Virus record (IMG/VR): IMGVR_UViG_3300031419_000007
DNA from: a virus
Lineage: Duplodnaviria > Heunggongvirae > Uroviricota > Caudoviricetes
Strand: one strand, 5' to 3'
Length of the DNA stretch: 64,000 nucleotides
The position numbers were made by a program, and so were the translations under genes. Below are positions 9,951 through 18,788 of the stretch, piece by piece (position 1 is the first letter of the stretch; each line of letters begins with the position of its first letter). The notes beneath the pieces were generated by a model. That model had not been told where the DNA came from and did not search any database. It saw only the letters and a list, made by a program, of their open reading frames with translations.

Positions 9951-10577
9951 TTATTTCCAGTTCAGAAGGTTATCGGGAACTAACGGAGCTTTCTTAGATT
10001 TGGCACGCTTGGCATTCAGCTTCTCGTAGCTACGAGTCTCTTGCTCCAGCGTGAACAGGCCCAGCTGATAGGACAGCAGGAACTTCAGGCTAATGGCGGA
10101 CAGGGCGGACAGGTGGCTCTTGCCCATTTCATCCAGCGGTTCTTCACTTGCCAGCGGATGCGTGTCACGCGTCTGGATGGTCATCTTGGTGATGTCACCC
10201 ACGTTGCCGAACTGGAAGTGCTTGTCGTACGCCCACATGTCGTTCTTGTGGTTGTTGTTGGAGAACGGGAAGCACGTGATCTGTGGGACTTCATCCATCG
10301 GAACAATCAGGATAGAAATCACGAAACGACCGTCGTTGTCATTCATACCGTCGAACTGCAGGGTGACCGGACCGAGCTCACGCATCTTGTCCATGTTCAG
10401 GGTGCCGCTGGTGGCAGTGTACGCCAGCAGTCGGTCTTTGTCGGTTTCCGACAGCACCACGGCACGGGATTTGGCCACAGTGTTAAGAACCAGGCCGACA
10501 CGGGTAACGTGGGCAGTGTTCATGTAAGGGAGCGTTGTTGCATCATCCATCAGATCGTGGATTTTATTAAATGGCAT
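9951..10577 (-). CDS. hypothetical protein
   Basis: 208 aa. RBS GAGGAA upstream. T4-late-like motif GTTATAAAAG ~15 nt upstream of the RBS. Confidence 0.55.
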   Translation of the reverse strand: MPFNKIHDLMDDATTLPYMNTAHVTRVGLVLNTVAKSRAVVLSETDKDRLLAYTATSGTLNMDKMRELGPVTLQFDGMNDNDGRFVISILIVPMDEVPQITCFPFSNNNHKNDMWAYDKHFQFGNVGDITKMTIQTRDTHPLASEEPLDEMGKSHLSALSAISLKFLLSYQLGLFTLEQETRSYEKLNAKRAKSKKAPLVPDNLLNWK

Positions 10578-10854
10578 AGGAAATTCCTCTTTTATAACTC
10601 ACGACCGCGAGGGCCGGATTAGTAACAGTCGGACTGCATTTGCCCGACCGAGCATGGCGGAAGTAAGAGTATACCGCATCTCCAAAGGCAGAAACTACCA
10701 GAATCGTCTCAGGATCCACCTTAACTTCAACGGTGTCTTCCTTGACCAAATGGGATTTCGGCATTGGGTAGGGCTTTTTGATGCGGAAATAAATTTTCGC
10801 CGCATGTCGGATGCACAGTTTGTCATCCATTTCCGAGAGTTCTACAGGACGCAT
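10567..10854 (-). CDS. hypothetical protein
   Basis: 95 aa ORF; TAA stop. Confidence 0.35.
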   Translation of the reverse strand: MRPVELSEMDDKLCIRHAAKIYFRIKKPYPMPKSHLVKEDTVEVKVDPETILVVSAFGDAVYSYFRHARSGKCSPTVTNPALAVVSYKRGISYAI

Positions 10855-11160
10855 TTAGATACCACGCGAGGGCTGGGCCGCCATGGCACGCTCAACGATT
10901 TGACGCAGTTCGGCCATCGTGGCTTCACAAGAACGACCGCAGCTGAACACGATGATCTCATCCGGCTCGCCATCTTCTGTCACGGCACCGTAATCGGCAT
11001 ATACCGTCGGGCCAAAACCGGGAGAATCTTCCATGGAGATCTTGACGCTGCGGGTGATGAAGAAGTTGGCATCGTCTTCGCTGATGTCTTTGATGATAGT
11101 TTCTTCTTGGCGACCGTTAGGACGCATGAATACAGTTGCTTTAAGCGATTTAGAAGACAT
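10855..11160 (-). CDS. hypothetical protein
   Basis: ATG at 11160 with GGAG 6 nt upstream. The track places the start at a TTG at 11172 instead. Confidence 0.45.
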   Translation of the reverse strand: MSSKSLKATVFMRPNGRQEETIIKDISEDDANFFITRSVKISMEDSPGFGPTVYADYGAVTEDGEPDEIIVFSCGRSCEATMAELRQIVERAMAAQPSRGI

Positions 11161-11170
11161 GGTTGACTCC

Positions 11171-11196
11171 AAAGAGAAAGGGTCCCGAAGGACCCT
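11171..11196 (-). terminator. rho-independent terminator with UUCG tetraloop after nrdA
   Basis: Minus-strand RNA GGGUCC-UUCG-GGACCC then UUUCUCUUU, just after the nrdA stop. Confidence 0.65.
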
Positions 11197-11202
11197 TGAG
11201 GA

Positions 11203-13503
11203 TTAGATCTTGCAGGCGCCGCTTTCGCAGCCATCATCGGTCTCTTCCACTACCTCGAGTTCTGGCAGCGGTTTGTCCGCGTAGGCTTTGTCATCGGAAC
11301 CGTCACGGGTGTTGTGATAGTACCAGGTTTTGACACCGAGCTTGTAACCGTAGATCAGGTCTTTCAGCACTTGCTTGGCCGGGACCTTGCCTTCTGGGAA
11401 CTTCGCGGGGTCGTAGTTGGTGTTCGCAGAGATCGTCTGGTCGATGAACTTCTGCATGATCGCCACCTTCTGGATGTAGCCGACGTTGTCTGGCATCATC
11501 CACGTGGTTTCATACGCGTGGCGAAGTTCCGTCACACCGGGAACCACTTGGCGGAAGGAACCGTCTTTCGACTGCTTCACCGACACCAGGCCACGTGGTG
11601 GTTCAATACCGTTGGTGGCGTTGGAGATCTGGGAAGAGGTCTCGCTTGGCATCAGAGCTGACAGCGTAGAGTTACGCATGCCGTACTTCAAAATGTCCGC
11701 ACGCAGACTTTCCCAATCGCAATGCAGAGTGGCATCAACGATGGTATCAACGTCCTTCTTGTACGTGTCGATCGGCAGGATACCTTTCGAGTACGTCGTT
11801 TCGTGGAAGCCCGGGCAGGCACCGTCTTCTTTGGCCACGTTAACCGAGGCACGCATCAGATGGTACTGCAGCTGTTCGAACAGACGGTGCGTCTCGGTGT
11901 TGGACTTACCGGTGTCGGAGTACTTCAGACCTTTCTTCGCCATCCAGTACGCGTAGTTGATCACGCCCACACCCAGGGTGCGACGGTAATCGGAACCTTG
12001 CTTAGCGGACAGAACCGGATAGTCCTGGTAATCCAGCAGTTCGTTCAGGCCACGGACCAGCAGATCTGCCGCAACCGGAATCTCTTCTTCGGTCAGCACA
12101 CCTAAGTTGAACGCCGCCAGCGTACACAGAGCGATCTCACCGGAACCGTCGTTCACGTATTCCATCGGTTTGGTTGGCAGAGCGATTTCCAGGCACAGGT
12201 TGGACTGGCGGATCGGTGCGACCTTCGGATCGAACGGTGAATGCGTGTTGCAGTGGTCGACGTTCTGGATGTAGATGCGACCGGTGGAGGCACGCTCAGA
12301 AGCCAGCAGACCAAACAGTTCAGTCGCAGAGTAGGTATTGCGGCGGATGCTTGGGTCAGCTTCATAGAGCTCATACAGACGGGCGAACTCTTTCTGATCG
12401 GCGTAGAACGCGTCTAACAGGCCCGGGACATCAGCCGGCGAGAAGCAGGAGATCTTGCCATTCGACAGTAAACGCTGGTACAGGAAGCCGTTCAGCTGAA
12501 TGGCATAGTCCAGGTGGCGTTCACGGTTGTTCTCGGTACCGCGGTTGTTCTTCAGGACCAGCAGATCCATGACCTCGTAGTGCCACCCGGCGTAGAACAG
12601 CGTTGCTGCACCACCACGGACGCCACCCTGAGAACAGGACTTGACGGCAGCCTTGAAGAGCTTGATGAACGGGATCAGACCGGTGTGATTGGCTTCACCG
12701 TTACGGATCTTCGAGCCCAGCGCACGGATACGGGCAATGTCCAGACCGATGCCAGCACGTTGGGAGACGTACTTCACGATCGCTGAAGAAGCCGCGTTGA
12801 TCGAATCCAGTGAATCACCGGCAGAGATCAGCACGCAGGAAGAGAACTGGCGGGTTGGCGTACGCATGCCGGCCATGATCGGCGTCGGCAGGGAGATCTT
12901 GAAGGTTGACAGGTAGTCATAGAACTTCAGGACGTAGTCCATGCGGGTTTCTTTCGGGTAACGAGAGAACAGGCACGCAGAGATCATCATGTTGGCCATC
13001 TGCGGGCTCTCGTGCAGGTTGCCATCGACACGGTCCTGAACCAGGTATTTACCCTCGAGCTGTTTCACAGCAGCGTGGGCGTACAGGAAGTCACGCTCGT
13101 GATCGATCGCTTCGCTCATGACGTCCAGCTCGTAGTCGCCGTAATCCTTCAGGATTTGCTCGTCGTACAGGCCTTTTGACACCATGTGTTTTACAAACAG
13201 CGGGAAGTGCATCGGTTCAAACTGACCGAACACTTCTTTGCGGATACCAAACATCGCGGCACGGGCAGCCATGATCGCGTAGTCCGGTTCATCGGCGGTG
13301 ATCAGGTCGGCAATCGCCTTAACAACGGCACGGTGCAGGTCTTTGGTGGTGACACCCTCAACCACGTGCAGCTTAACGGTGAGCTCGACCTGGGAGGTGG
13401 AGACGTTTAAGTTCTCCCCTGCCCAAGTAATAACGCGACCAATCTTCTCCCAAGTGAAGGGTTCTTTGGTGCCGTCGCGTTTAATTACCTTGATATCTTG
13501 CAT
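11203..13503 (-). CDS. nrdA: ribonucleotide reductase class Ia alpha subunit
   Basis: 766 aa, colinear with E. coli NrdA: SLPTPIM, TRQFSSCVL, KSCSQGGVRGGAAT, NLCLEIALPT, SALMPSETSSQ, and C-terminal CESGACKI. Confidence 0.95.
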   Translation of the reverse strand: MQDIKVIKRDGTKEPFTWEKIGRVITWAGENLNVSTSQVELTVKLHVVEGVTTKDLHRAVVKAIADLITADEPDYAIMAARAAMFGIRKEVFGQFEPMHFPLFVKHMVSKGLYDEQILKDYGDYELDVMSEAIDHERDFLYAHAAVKQLEGKYLVQDRVDGNLHESPQMANMMISACLFSRYPKETRMDYVLKFYDYLSTFKISLPTPIMAGMRTPTRQFSSCVLISAGDSLDSINAASSAIVKYVSQRAGIGLDIARIRALGSKIRNGEANHTGLIPFIKLFKAAVKSCSQGGVRGGAATLFYAGWHYEVMDLLVLKNNRGTENNRERHLDYAIQLNGFLYQRLLSNGKISCFSPADVPGLLDAFYADQKEFARLYELYEADPSIRRNTYSATELFGLLASERASTGRIYIQNVDHCNTHSPFDPKVAPIRQSNLCLEIALPTKPMEYVNDGSGEIALCTLAAFNLGVLTEEEIPVAADLLVRGLNELLDYQDYPVLSAKQGSDYRRTLGVGVINYAYWMAKKGLKYSDTGKSNTETHRLFEQLQYHLMRASVNVAKEDGACPGFHETTYSKGILPIDTYKKDVDTIVDATLHCDWESLRADILKYGMRNSTLSALMPSETSSQISNATNGIEPPRGLVSVKQSKDGSFRQVVPGVTELRHAYETTWMMPDNVGYIQKVAIMQKFIDQTISANTNYDPAKFPEGKVPAKQVLKDLIYGYKLGVKTWYYHNTRDGSDDKAYADKPLPELEVVEETDDGCESGACKI

Positions 13504-14083
13504 TGATTTCTCCCATAATCTTAATCAAGTAGTCCGGGGTGATCGGACCGGTAAAGAAGTCGCCCCGGGCGATCTTGCTAAAAGCAAACAGGAACATGCC
13601 TTCAGCCATCTCCGGGGACCAGCCATAGATAGGAAGGCCGTCTGGATTGTGAGCCCAGCCCTCCCCTTTAGAATGCAGTAACTGCGTTGCCTCGACTTGG
13701 CACATCATGCTGTCGACGCGTTTAACTTCGGGGTAAACCGAGTGAACCCACTCAGGATCTAACTGGAATGCACGGTAGACACGATTCTGAACCTGCTCTT
13801 CGATCTTCGCGTAGTCTGGGAGGAACGGTTTGAATGGCGCCGGGATGTCCTGAATGAACGCTTCCGAGCCGTCGTGAACCAAACCGATCATCTGCAGTTC
13901 TGGCGGGAGCTGGGCTGCCACGTGAACCGAGTGTTCTGCCACGGAGTACGGGAAGTTGGTGTGGCCGTTGAAACGGTTAACCATGGAAAGAGCGTGAGCA
14001 ATGTTCTCGACAGTCAAGCCTTCGAGGTCATCGGATACTAAAGAAAAGTATTGACCATTGTAGGTCTCAATCATACCGGACAT
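13481..14083 (-). CDS. HD-domain phosphohydrolase (YfbR-like 5'-nucleotidase type)
   Basis: AEHSVHVA ... LVHDGSEAF give an H...HD...D HD-domain signature. Overlaps the start of nrdA. Confidence 0.6.
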   Translation of the reverse strand: MSGMIETYNGQYFSLVSDDLEGLTVENIAHALSMVNRFNGHTNFPYSVAEHSVHVAAQLPPELQMIGLVHDGSEAFIQDIPAPFKPFLPDYAKIEEQVQNRVYRAFQLDPEWVHSVYPEVKRVDSMMCQVEATQLLHSKGEGWAHNPDGLPIYGWSPEMAEGMFLFAFSKIARGDFFTGPITPDYLIKIMGEINARYQGN

Positions 14084-14106
14084 AGGTGATCTCCTGTGTG
14101 TCTATG

Positions 14107-14117
14107 TTAGTTATACC
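14107..14117 (-). promoter_or_regulatory. promoter-like motif GGTATAACTAA
   Basis: About 24 nt upstream of the start of the HD-domain gene. Confidence 0.4.
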
Positions 14118-14201
14118 TGTGGATAAAGCATTATTGAGAATTGTACCACAGTGTTACATAGACGTTCCAGGGATTTGGTTGAGATGTAGCCAAAAAAAGA
14201 A

Positions 14202-14436
14202 GTTGGTACGTTTGAACGGAATCTACGTGGAAACCCACACCGCCCTATAGCTTTCTTACCCAAGCATACTGACTCTCTATATATCTTTAAAAAAGCCTTA
14301 GTAAGTAGTTTATAGTATAGGGGAACAGTTACACTATAAAGGGTGTCAAAAGTGACGTACCAAACGTATCGACGTACCAACTCCGAGCAAACCCGCATGG
14401 GATAAGGCTTTTCGTTGGTACGTCGTTGGAACATTA
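14202..14436. repeat. copy 1 of duplicated ~235 bp iteron-like intergenic element
   Basis: About 95% identical to 53409-53648. Four GTTGGTACG motifs (two direct, two inverted) flank an AT-rich core (tctatatatctttaaaaaag) and a TTTATAGT/ACTATAAA inverted repeat. Confidence 0.8.
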
Positions 14437-14949
14437 CGCGTTCCAGAGGTCCTTATAGGCCCGGGTTACGGCATCCTGCGAGGTCGCAACCGTCCAGTCG
14501 ACGACATAGCGGCCCATGCTGGAGCCCATATGATGCAACCAGATGAGAGCGTCCGTCAAGGAGCCGTTGCCAGCCACGATCTCATTGAGGTCGACTCTCG
14601 CGTTCGCTTCCTTCACCCGATCGTAAGCTTCCTTGGTGAATGAAGGCTCATCGTTCAATGCCAAGAGCATGAACTGGAAGATACGAGAGTCACACCCGAA
14701 GAGCACCAGGGAGACGAATCCGACCTCTTCCACCGCTGCCGGATCCACCTGACGGAATAACTCTGCTTGAGCTGCTGCGAAACGGTGAAGGCAGGCGATG
14801 TTCCTCAGGGCGAACTCGACGCTTTCGGGTTCTTTTCGGAGGGTTGCGGCGGCGTGGGCTTGTCGGGTGTTGGCGGCGTCGCGGAGGGCCGCTTTGAACT
14901 CTTCGCCGGAAAAGACCGGACGAAAGATCTGGTAGAGTTGTTCATTCAT
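14434..14949 (-). CDS. hypothetical protein
   Basis: 171 aa ORF; its start abuts repeat copy 1. Confidence 0.5.
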   Translation of the reverse strand: MNEQLYQIFRPVFSGEEFKAALRDAANTRQAHAAATLRKEPESVEFALRNIACLHRFAAAQAELFRQVDPAAVEEVGFVSLVLFGCDSRIFQFMLLALNDEPSFTKEAYDRVKEANARVDLNEIVAGNGSLTDALIWLHHMGSSMGRYVVDWTVATSQDAVTRAYKDLWNA

Positions 14950-15461
14950 TAATGTTTCACCCCGCCGCCAAACATCGGTACTACATCACCCATGACATCA
15001 TCACCGGGCATTTCCTTCATCATCATTTCAACCATTTGAGCCACCTTCAGCTCACTCAGGTAGGTACCCAGAACATCGGCGTTCAGCAGTCCGTGCACCA
15101 GATTGGGAGCACCTTCGTTGCCGGCAGTAACCTGTGAGGTGACGTACTCTTCGACATTGTCCACTTCGACACCCGCTTGTTTTGCCAAGTGGAAAATGAC
15201 ATCGTCGCTCGGGCCCATGAAGTTGCCCGGCTGTCCCAACGTGATGAAAGGAACAACGCGGTTGTCTTTGCCGACTTCCGGATTCTCCTGCACGTTCACT
15301 TCAAACAAACGGGTGCAGAAGGCGCCACACAGCTGGTGGTACTGACCGATCATGGAAGGGAGGGTCTCCTCCGTAAGGGCACCGCGACGGCTCATTGCCA
15401 GGATAGCTTCTTGAACGTTAGTGTCATTCAGTAACGCCACAATCATTTCATCGTTAGTCAT
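14949..15461 (-). CDS. hypothetical protein
   Basis: 170 aa; start/stop overlap with its neighbour. Confidence 0.5.
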   Translation of the reverse strand: MTNDEMIVALLNDTNVQEAILAMSRRGALTEETLPSMIGQYHQLCGAFCTRLFEVNVQENPEVGKDNRVVPFITLGQPGNFMGPSDDVIFHLAKQAGVEVDNVEEYVTSQVTAGNEGAPNLVHGLLNADVLGTYLSELKVAQMVEMMMKEMPGDDVMGDVVPMFGGGVKH

Positions 15462-15553
15462 AAAGTCCTCTACATATAGAGTGATTTAAAGATACCCTCT
15501 GAGACGCTCTGTAAGGCGTTCAGAGAGGTTTTGCAGGTTGGGAATAGGGTAGC

Positions 15554-16069
15554 TTATCTTTTGGGATTTGACCGCTTCCAGCGCTGGCAGGCGAGCCAGG
15601 CGAGGCAGCATGCGTCGGCCTCGTGGTCCACCCTGAAGCGGTTGCCCGTGAGGACCTCGGCGGCGAACATTGAGAACTCTTTATCCAGACGATTGGACGG
15701 GTTCTCCTGACCGGTAGTGATGTGAATGTGCTTGGCGAGCGGGGTTTTCCAATCGATCGCTTTGTACATGTCGAGTGGTGCTTCCAGATCTGACTTGGTC
15801 ATGTACTGCAGGGAGCCGGTTACCAGGAGGATATGCTCAGAATCGGCATTGTACTTCCCTTGGTACACGACGTAGCGCTCCATGGAGACGCCTTTGATGT
15901 AATTCTGTTCCTGATCGAGTTCTTCAAGAAGGGCGAGCGGGGTACCGCCTAGTGGGAAGGTGCTCGGGTTGAGGGTCCCAGACTTGACGTATTTACCGTC
16001 AATGTCGACGAGACCCCACCCCAGGTTCTTCCAGCCCGGATCAATTCCGAGAAAGAGATAATCCTGCAT
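15554..16069 (-). CDS. RuvC-like Holliday junction resolvase
   Basis: Start at MQDYLFLGIDPGWKNLGWGLVD (GGAG RBS). GIDPG..G motif and the acidic HEADA motif match the RuvC/RNase-H-fold resolvases. Confidence 0.6.
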   Translation of the reverse strand: MQDYLFLGIDPGWKNLGWGLVDIDGKYVKSGTLNPSTFPLGGTPLALLEELDQEQNYIKGVSMERYVVYQGKYNADSEHILLVTGSLQYMTKSDLEAPLDMYKAIDWKTPLAKHIHITTGQENPSNRLDKEFSMFAAEVLTGNRFRVDHEADACCLAWLACQRWKRSNPKR

Positions 16070-16277
16070 TATTTTCTCCGTTGTTACGAATCGTGTTGTA
16101 TCCGTACGCTCCGACCGCAAGCGTGTTGCCAAGGGCAAACACAAAGATGAAACCAGCCGCAATGATCACGGTTTTATCGAATCCTCCCAACGGCCGCTTC
16201 TTAAAGAAGTGCATCAGGAAGCCGAATGAAACCAGTAACATGGCAGTCAAGATGATGGAGTAGACGATAGCTGACAT
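16041..16277 (-). CDS. small membrane protein
   Basis: Two predicted transmembrane helices (SAIVYSIILTAMLLVSFGF ... IIAAGFIFVFALG). Confidence 0.4.
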   Translation of the reverse strand: MSAIVYSIILTAMLLVSFGFLMHFFKKRPLGGFDKTVIIAAGFIFVFALGNTLAVGAYGYNTIRNNGENNAGLSLSRN

Positions 16278-16416
16278 TATGGCACCAGTAGATAAAACGC
16301 ACAGCATGCCGACTCAATCAACATTACCGCTGTGAAGAAGGGGAACGAGTTGGACCCCCTGATGATTTTCCAAAGACCTGCAAGCCCTGAGATCCATGCG
16401 ATGACGCAGGGCCCTA

Positions 16417-16602
16417 TTACTGTAAGCATGGCACGATGATTCCGATGTAGATAGCAACGAGACCGATGAAACAAACCGCGTATGCTAAGAGCCCCTTGCC
16501 AAACTCAAAGAGGATTTTAGGCCAAGGTAGGGGTTCCGGACCTGGGTATCCGCACAGTATGTAAGCACCGATCCAGGAGAAAATCACAATTAGCGGCATC
16601 AC
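16417..16602 (-). CDS. small membrane protein
   Basis: 61 aa, mostly hydrophobic. Confidence 0.3.
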   Translation of the reverse strand: MMPLIVIFSWIGAYILCGYPGPEPLPWPKILFEFGKGLLAYAVCFIGLVAIYIGIIVPCLQ

Positions 16603-16901
16603 TACAGGAGATGTTTCGATAACTCCTCCGACTTGCTCAAAACTTTTAAGTAATGTAAATCTGAGATACGATTCGTTTCTTCCCAGTTCGGACAGTACAA
16701 TTCTTCGTTGGTGGGCATGCAGCTACCGGGGCCTTTCAGGGATCCCACGCGGGTATCACGAAGGAATTGAACGGTCAGGATCGCGTTGTGAATCGGGTTG
16801 TTTGTGTTGAAGGCAACTTCTACCAGATACACACCTTTCTCCCAACCACCTTCTGGCTCCCCGATAGTTCTGTCCTCCGGGGGCATTCTGATCTTGTTCA
16901 T
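16602..16901 (-). CDS. hypothetical protein
   Basis: 99 aa ORF. Confidence 0.45.
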   Translation of the reverse strand: MNKIRMPPEDRTIGEPEGGWEKGVYLVEVAFNTNNPIHNAILTVQFLRDTRVGSLKGPGSCMPTNEELYCPNWEETNRISDLHYLKVLSKSEELSKHLL

Positions 16902-17242
16902 GCAGTTTTCCTGTAACGTTTACGGTTTTTACCGGGACGCCAGATCACTCGGTGACGTTCCGGTGGTCCGATGAAGCGGTAGTTCTGAGAATCGCTCCCG
17001 CGATCACCCCACGTCGGGCATTCAATCAAGTTGAACCAGTGGTGTTCTTCCTTGGTCATCCACTTGGTTTTCTCCCCGCAGCACTCACACTCGTAACGGG
17101 CGGAACTGCCCCAGACTTCGTACGACGGTCGGTAAAAGTGCCCGTAGACCAGGCACTGCAGTTTAGACCACGCGTGCTGAATGAACGCAACCGGCCGACG
17201 GTGAGAGCGCCGCCGGAATCGCGGCACGTCGTCTCCAATCAT
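16898..17242 (-). CDS. Cys-rich (zinc-finger-like) hypothetical protein
   Basis: 114 aa with CECCGEK ... C..WGD cysteines. Confidence 0.45.
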   Translation of the reverse strand: MIGDDVPRFRRRSHRRPVAFIQHAWSKLQCLVYGHFYRPSYEVWGSSARYECECCGEKTKWMTKEEHHWFNLIECPTWGDRGSDSQNYRFIGPPERHRVIWRPGKNRKRYRKTA

Positions 17243-17472
17243 AGGGATTCCGGCTCCACGATTGGACCGTTTTTCGCTTCCAGGTACTTCGGCCAGATTT
17301 CCTTATCCCATTCTTTAACGGAGAAGCGAATGTTGTACATGTGACTGAAGAACGTCGCTGCGGTGTTTCTACTATCAGTGCCGGCAACGTCAGGATTGCA
17401 CGCCAGCTCTTGCAGGATGAACTCAATCTTCTCTTCACGCGAAGCCAGTTCAATTAAATCAGGTCTGATCAT
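17239..17472 (-). CDS. hypothetical protein
   Basis: 77 aa ORF, coupled to its neighbours. Confidence 0.4.
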   Translation of the reverse strand: MIRPDLIELASREEKIEFILQELACNPDVAGTDSRNTAATFFSHMYNIRFSVKEWDKEIWPKYLEAKNGPIVEPESL

Positions 17473-17921
17473 GCTAACCTCATCAGGTTTTGGAAAAGGG
17501 TGAGACAGAAGAGGTAACCTAGGTGGAACCCGACTACCACGAAGAATGCTAGGCTGAGGAGAACGATACCGAAGGAATCCTGATTAGTACCATCAGTGAA
17601 ATCCGTCCATCCTTCAGAAAGACAAATCCCGAACATAAACACCACCATAAGGGAGAGGGTGAAAATCCAGAAGAATATCCGCGACGGAAGCTGGTCAGAA
17701 GGGATAATGTACGACCACCAGTGGACCAGACTTAAGTCAGGGGTACCGAGCCATGTCATCAACGGGATGCTGATCATAAACCCTACGAGGATGAACCCCA
17801 GGTACACACCGAGTTTCTGCGGACTATCCGGCTCGTCAACGTGCTGAATGGCCAGGCGGTAAAACCAGTGAGCTAAGACCACCGACAGGATTGCGGCATA
17901 CAGGTAATTAAGCGGACTCAT
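17469..17921 (-). CDS. integral membrane protein
   Basis: 150 aa with four hydrophobic segments. Confidence 0.5.
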   Translation of the reverse strand: MSPLNYLYAAILSVVLAHWFYRLAIQHVDEPDSPQKLGVYLGFILVGFMISIPLMTWLGTPDLSLVHWWSYIIPSDQLPSRIFFWIFTLSLMVVFMFGICLSEGWTDFTDGTNQDSFGIVLLSLAFFVVVGFHLGYLFCLTLFQNLMRLA

Positions 17922-18246
17922 GAGTCACCCCTATCTGGATGCTGTTGTCGCCGAAACGAATAGGTTTAGGCTGGCGTGGCCCACGTTTACTGTGCAGCTC
18001 GTAGTACGTCCATGGGAACTGATCCCGTTCGTCGTGGATCGTTTCGATGAACCCCTGGCGGCACAGCCGGGTCATGGCCTTGGCCACCTGCATGTTCTCA
18101 CCGACCTCGAAGATCGAGAAGCGTTTCTTCGGGCGCCGGGCCAGCTGGCGGAGTATCCAACGGTCCAGTTCTTTACGTTTCAGACGCTTGGGGGCTGCGT
18201 CAAGTTCCTTACAAAAATCCGACCAACTGGTAATGATGGCGTTCAT
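17908..18246 (-). CDS. hypothetical protein
   Basis: 112 aa, basic. Confidence 0.45.
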   Translation of the reverse strand: MNAIITSWSDFCKELDAAPKRLKRKELDRWILRQLARRPKKRFSIFEVGENMQVAKAMTRLCRQGFIETIHDERDQFPWTYYELHSKRGPRQPKPIRFGDNSIQIGVTHESA

Positions 18247-18281
18247 GATGTTTCCTTAAAATAACCATGGAGGTGACAATT

Positions 18282-18788
18282 ATGTCTATGAAATTAAGTG
18301 CGGCCGGTCGGGCCGAGATGGAACAATTCGAAGGTCGTCGCAACAAGCTGTACGACGACAAGACGGGCAAAACGATTACCCGTGCTGCTGACGCCAAAGG
18401 TTTCCCAACCATCGGTGTCGGACACTTGGTGAAAGACGCATCGTTCGATGGCCGGACGCTGTCCGACGCAGAGATCGACGCTCTGTTTGCCAAGGATGTG
18501 GCGTGGGCAGAAGATGCCATCAACGGATTACGCTTACCACTTAAGCAGAATCAGTTTGATGCTCTTGTGTCCTTTGTGTACAATGTAGGTCCAGGCAAGA
18601 AAGGAGTCAAAGATGGACTTATTTGTTTACGCAGTGGTGAGCCTTCTAGCATTTTGCGAAATTTGCGGGCGGGTAACATTCAAGCAGCTGGTGACAGCTT
18701 GCTCTCCTGGACCCGCTCCGCTGGGGTCGTCATGGCCGGTCTGGTTAAGAGACGCCAGGCCGAACGGGCATTATTTCTTAGCGCTTAA
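18282..18788 (+). CDS. endolysin, GH24 (T4-lysozyme-like) muramidase
   Basis: Start MSMKLS with GGAGGTG RBS 8 nt upstream. EQFEGRRNKLYDDKTGKTITRAADAKGFPTIGVGH matches the E..G..L..Y.D..G..TIG.GH catalytic core; FDALVSFVYNVG also fits. The only plus-strand gene within the minus block. Confidence 0.8.
   Translation: MSMKLSAAGRAEMEQFEGRRNKLYDDKTGKTITRAADAKGFPTIGVGHLVKDASFDGRTLSDAEIDALFAKDVAWAEDAINGLRLPLKQNQFDALVSFVYNVGPGKKGVKDGLICLRSGEPSSILRNLRAGNIQAAGDSLLSWTRSAGVVMAGLVKRRQAERALFLSA

Noticed and set aside
11314-13681. Multiple plus-strand ORFs (11314-11661, 11722-12105, 12174-12572 etc.) inside nrdA
   Set aside because: They are antisense to a gene with unambiguous NrdA homology along its whole length.
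14111-14434. ORFs of 107 aa (14111-14434) and 127 aa (53270-53653) with near-identical N-terminal 70 residues
   Set aside because: The identity is just the DNA repeat. The reading frames diverge immediately outside the repeat. The segment is AT-rich and full of inverted repeats, so I treat it as a non-coding element.
16277-16474. 65-aa ORF (16277-16474) versus overlapping 61-aa ORF (16417-16602) as separate small membrane proteins
   Set aside because: They overlap in different frames, and only one can be favoured. Neither has a convincing RBS. Only the downstream one is listed, at low confidence.
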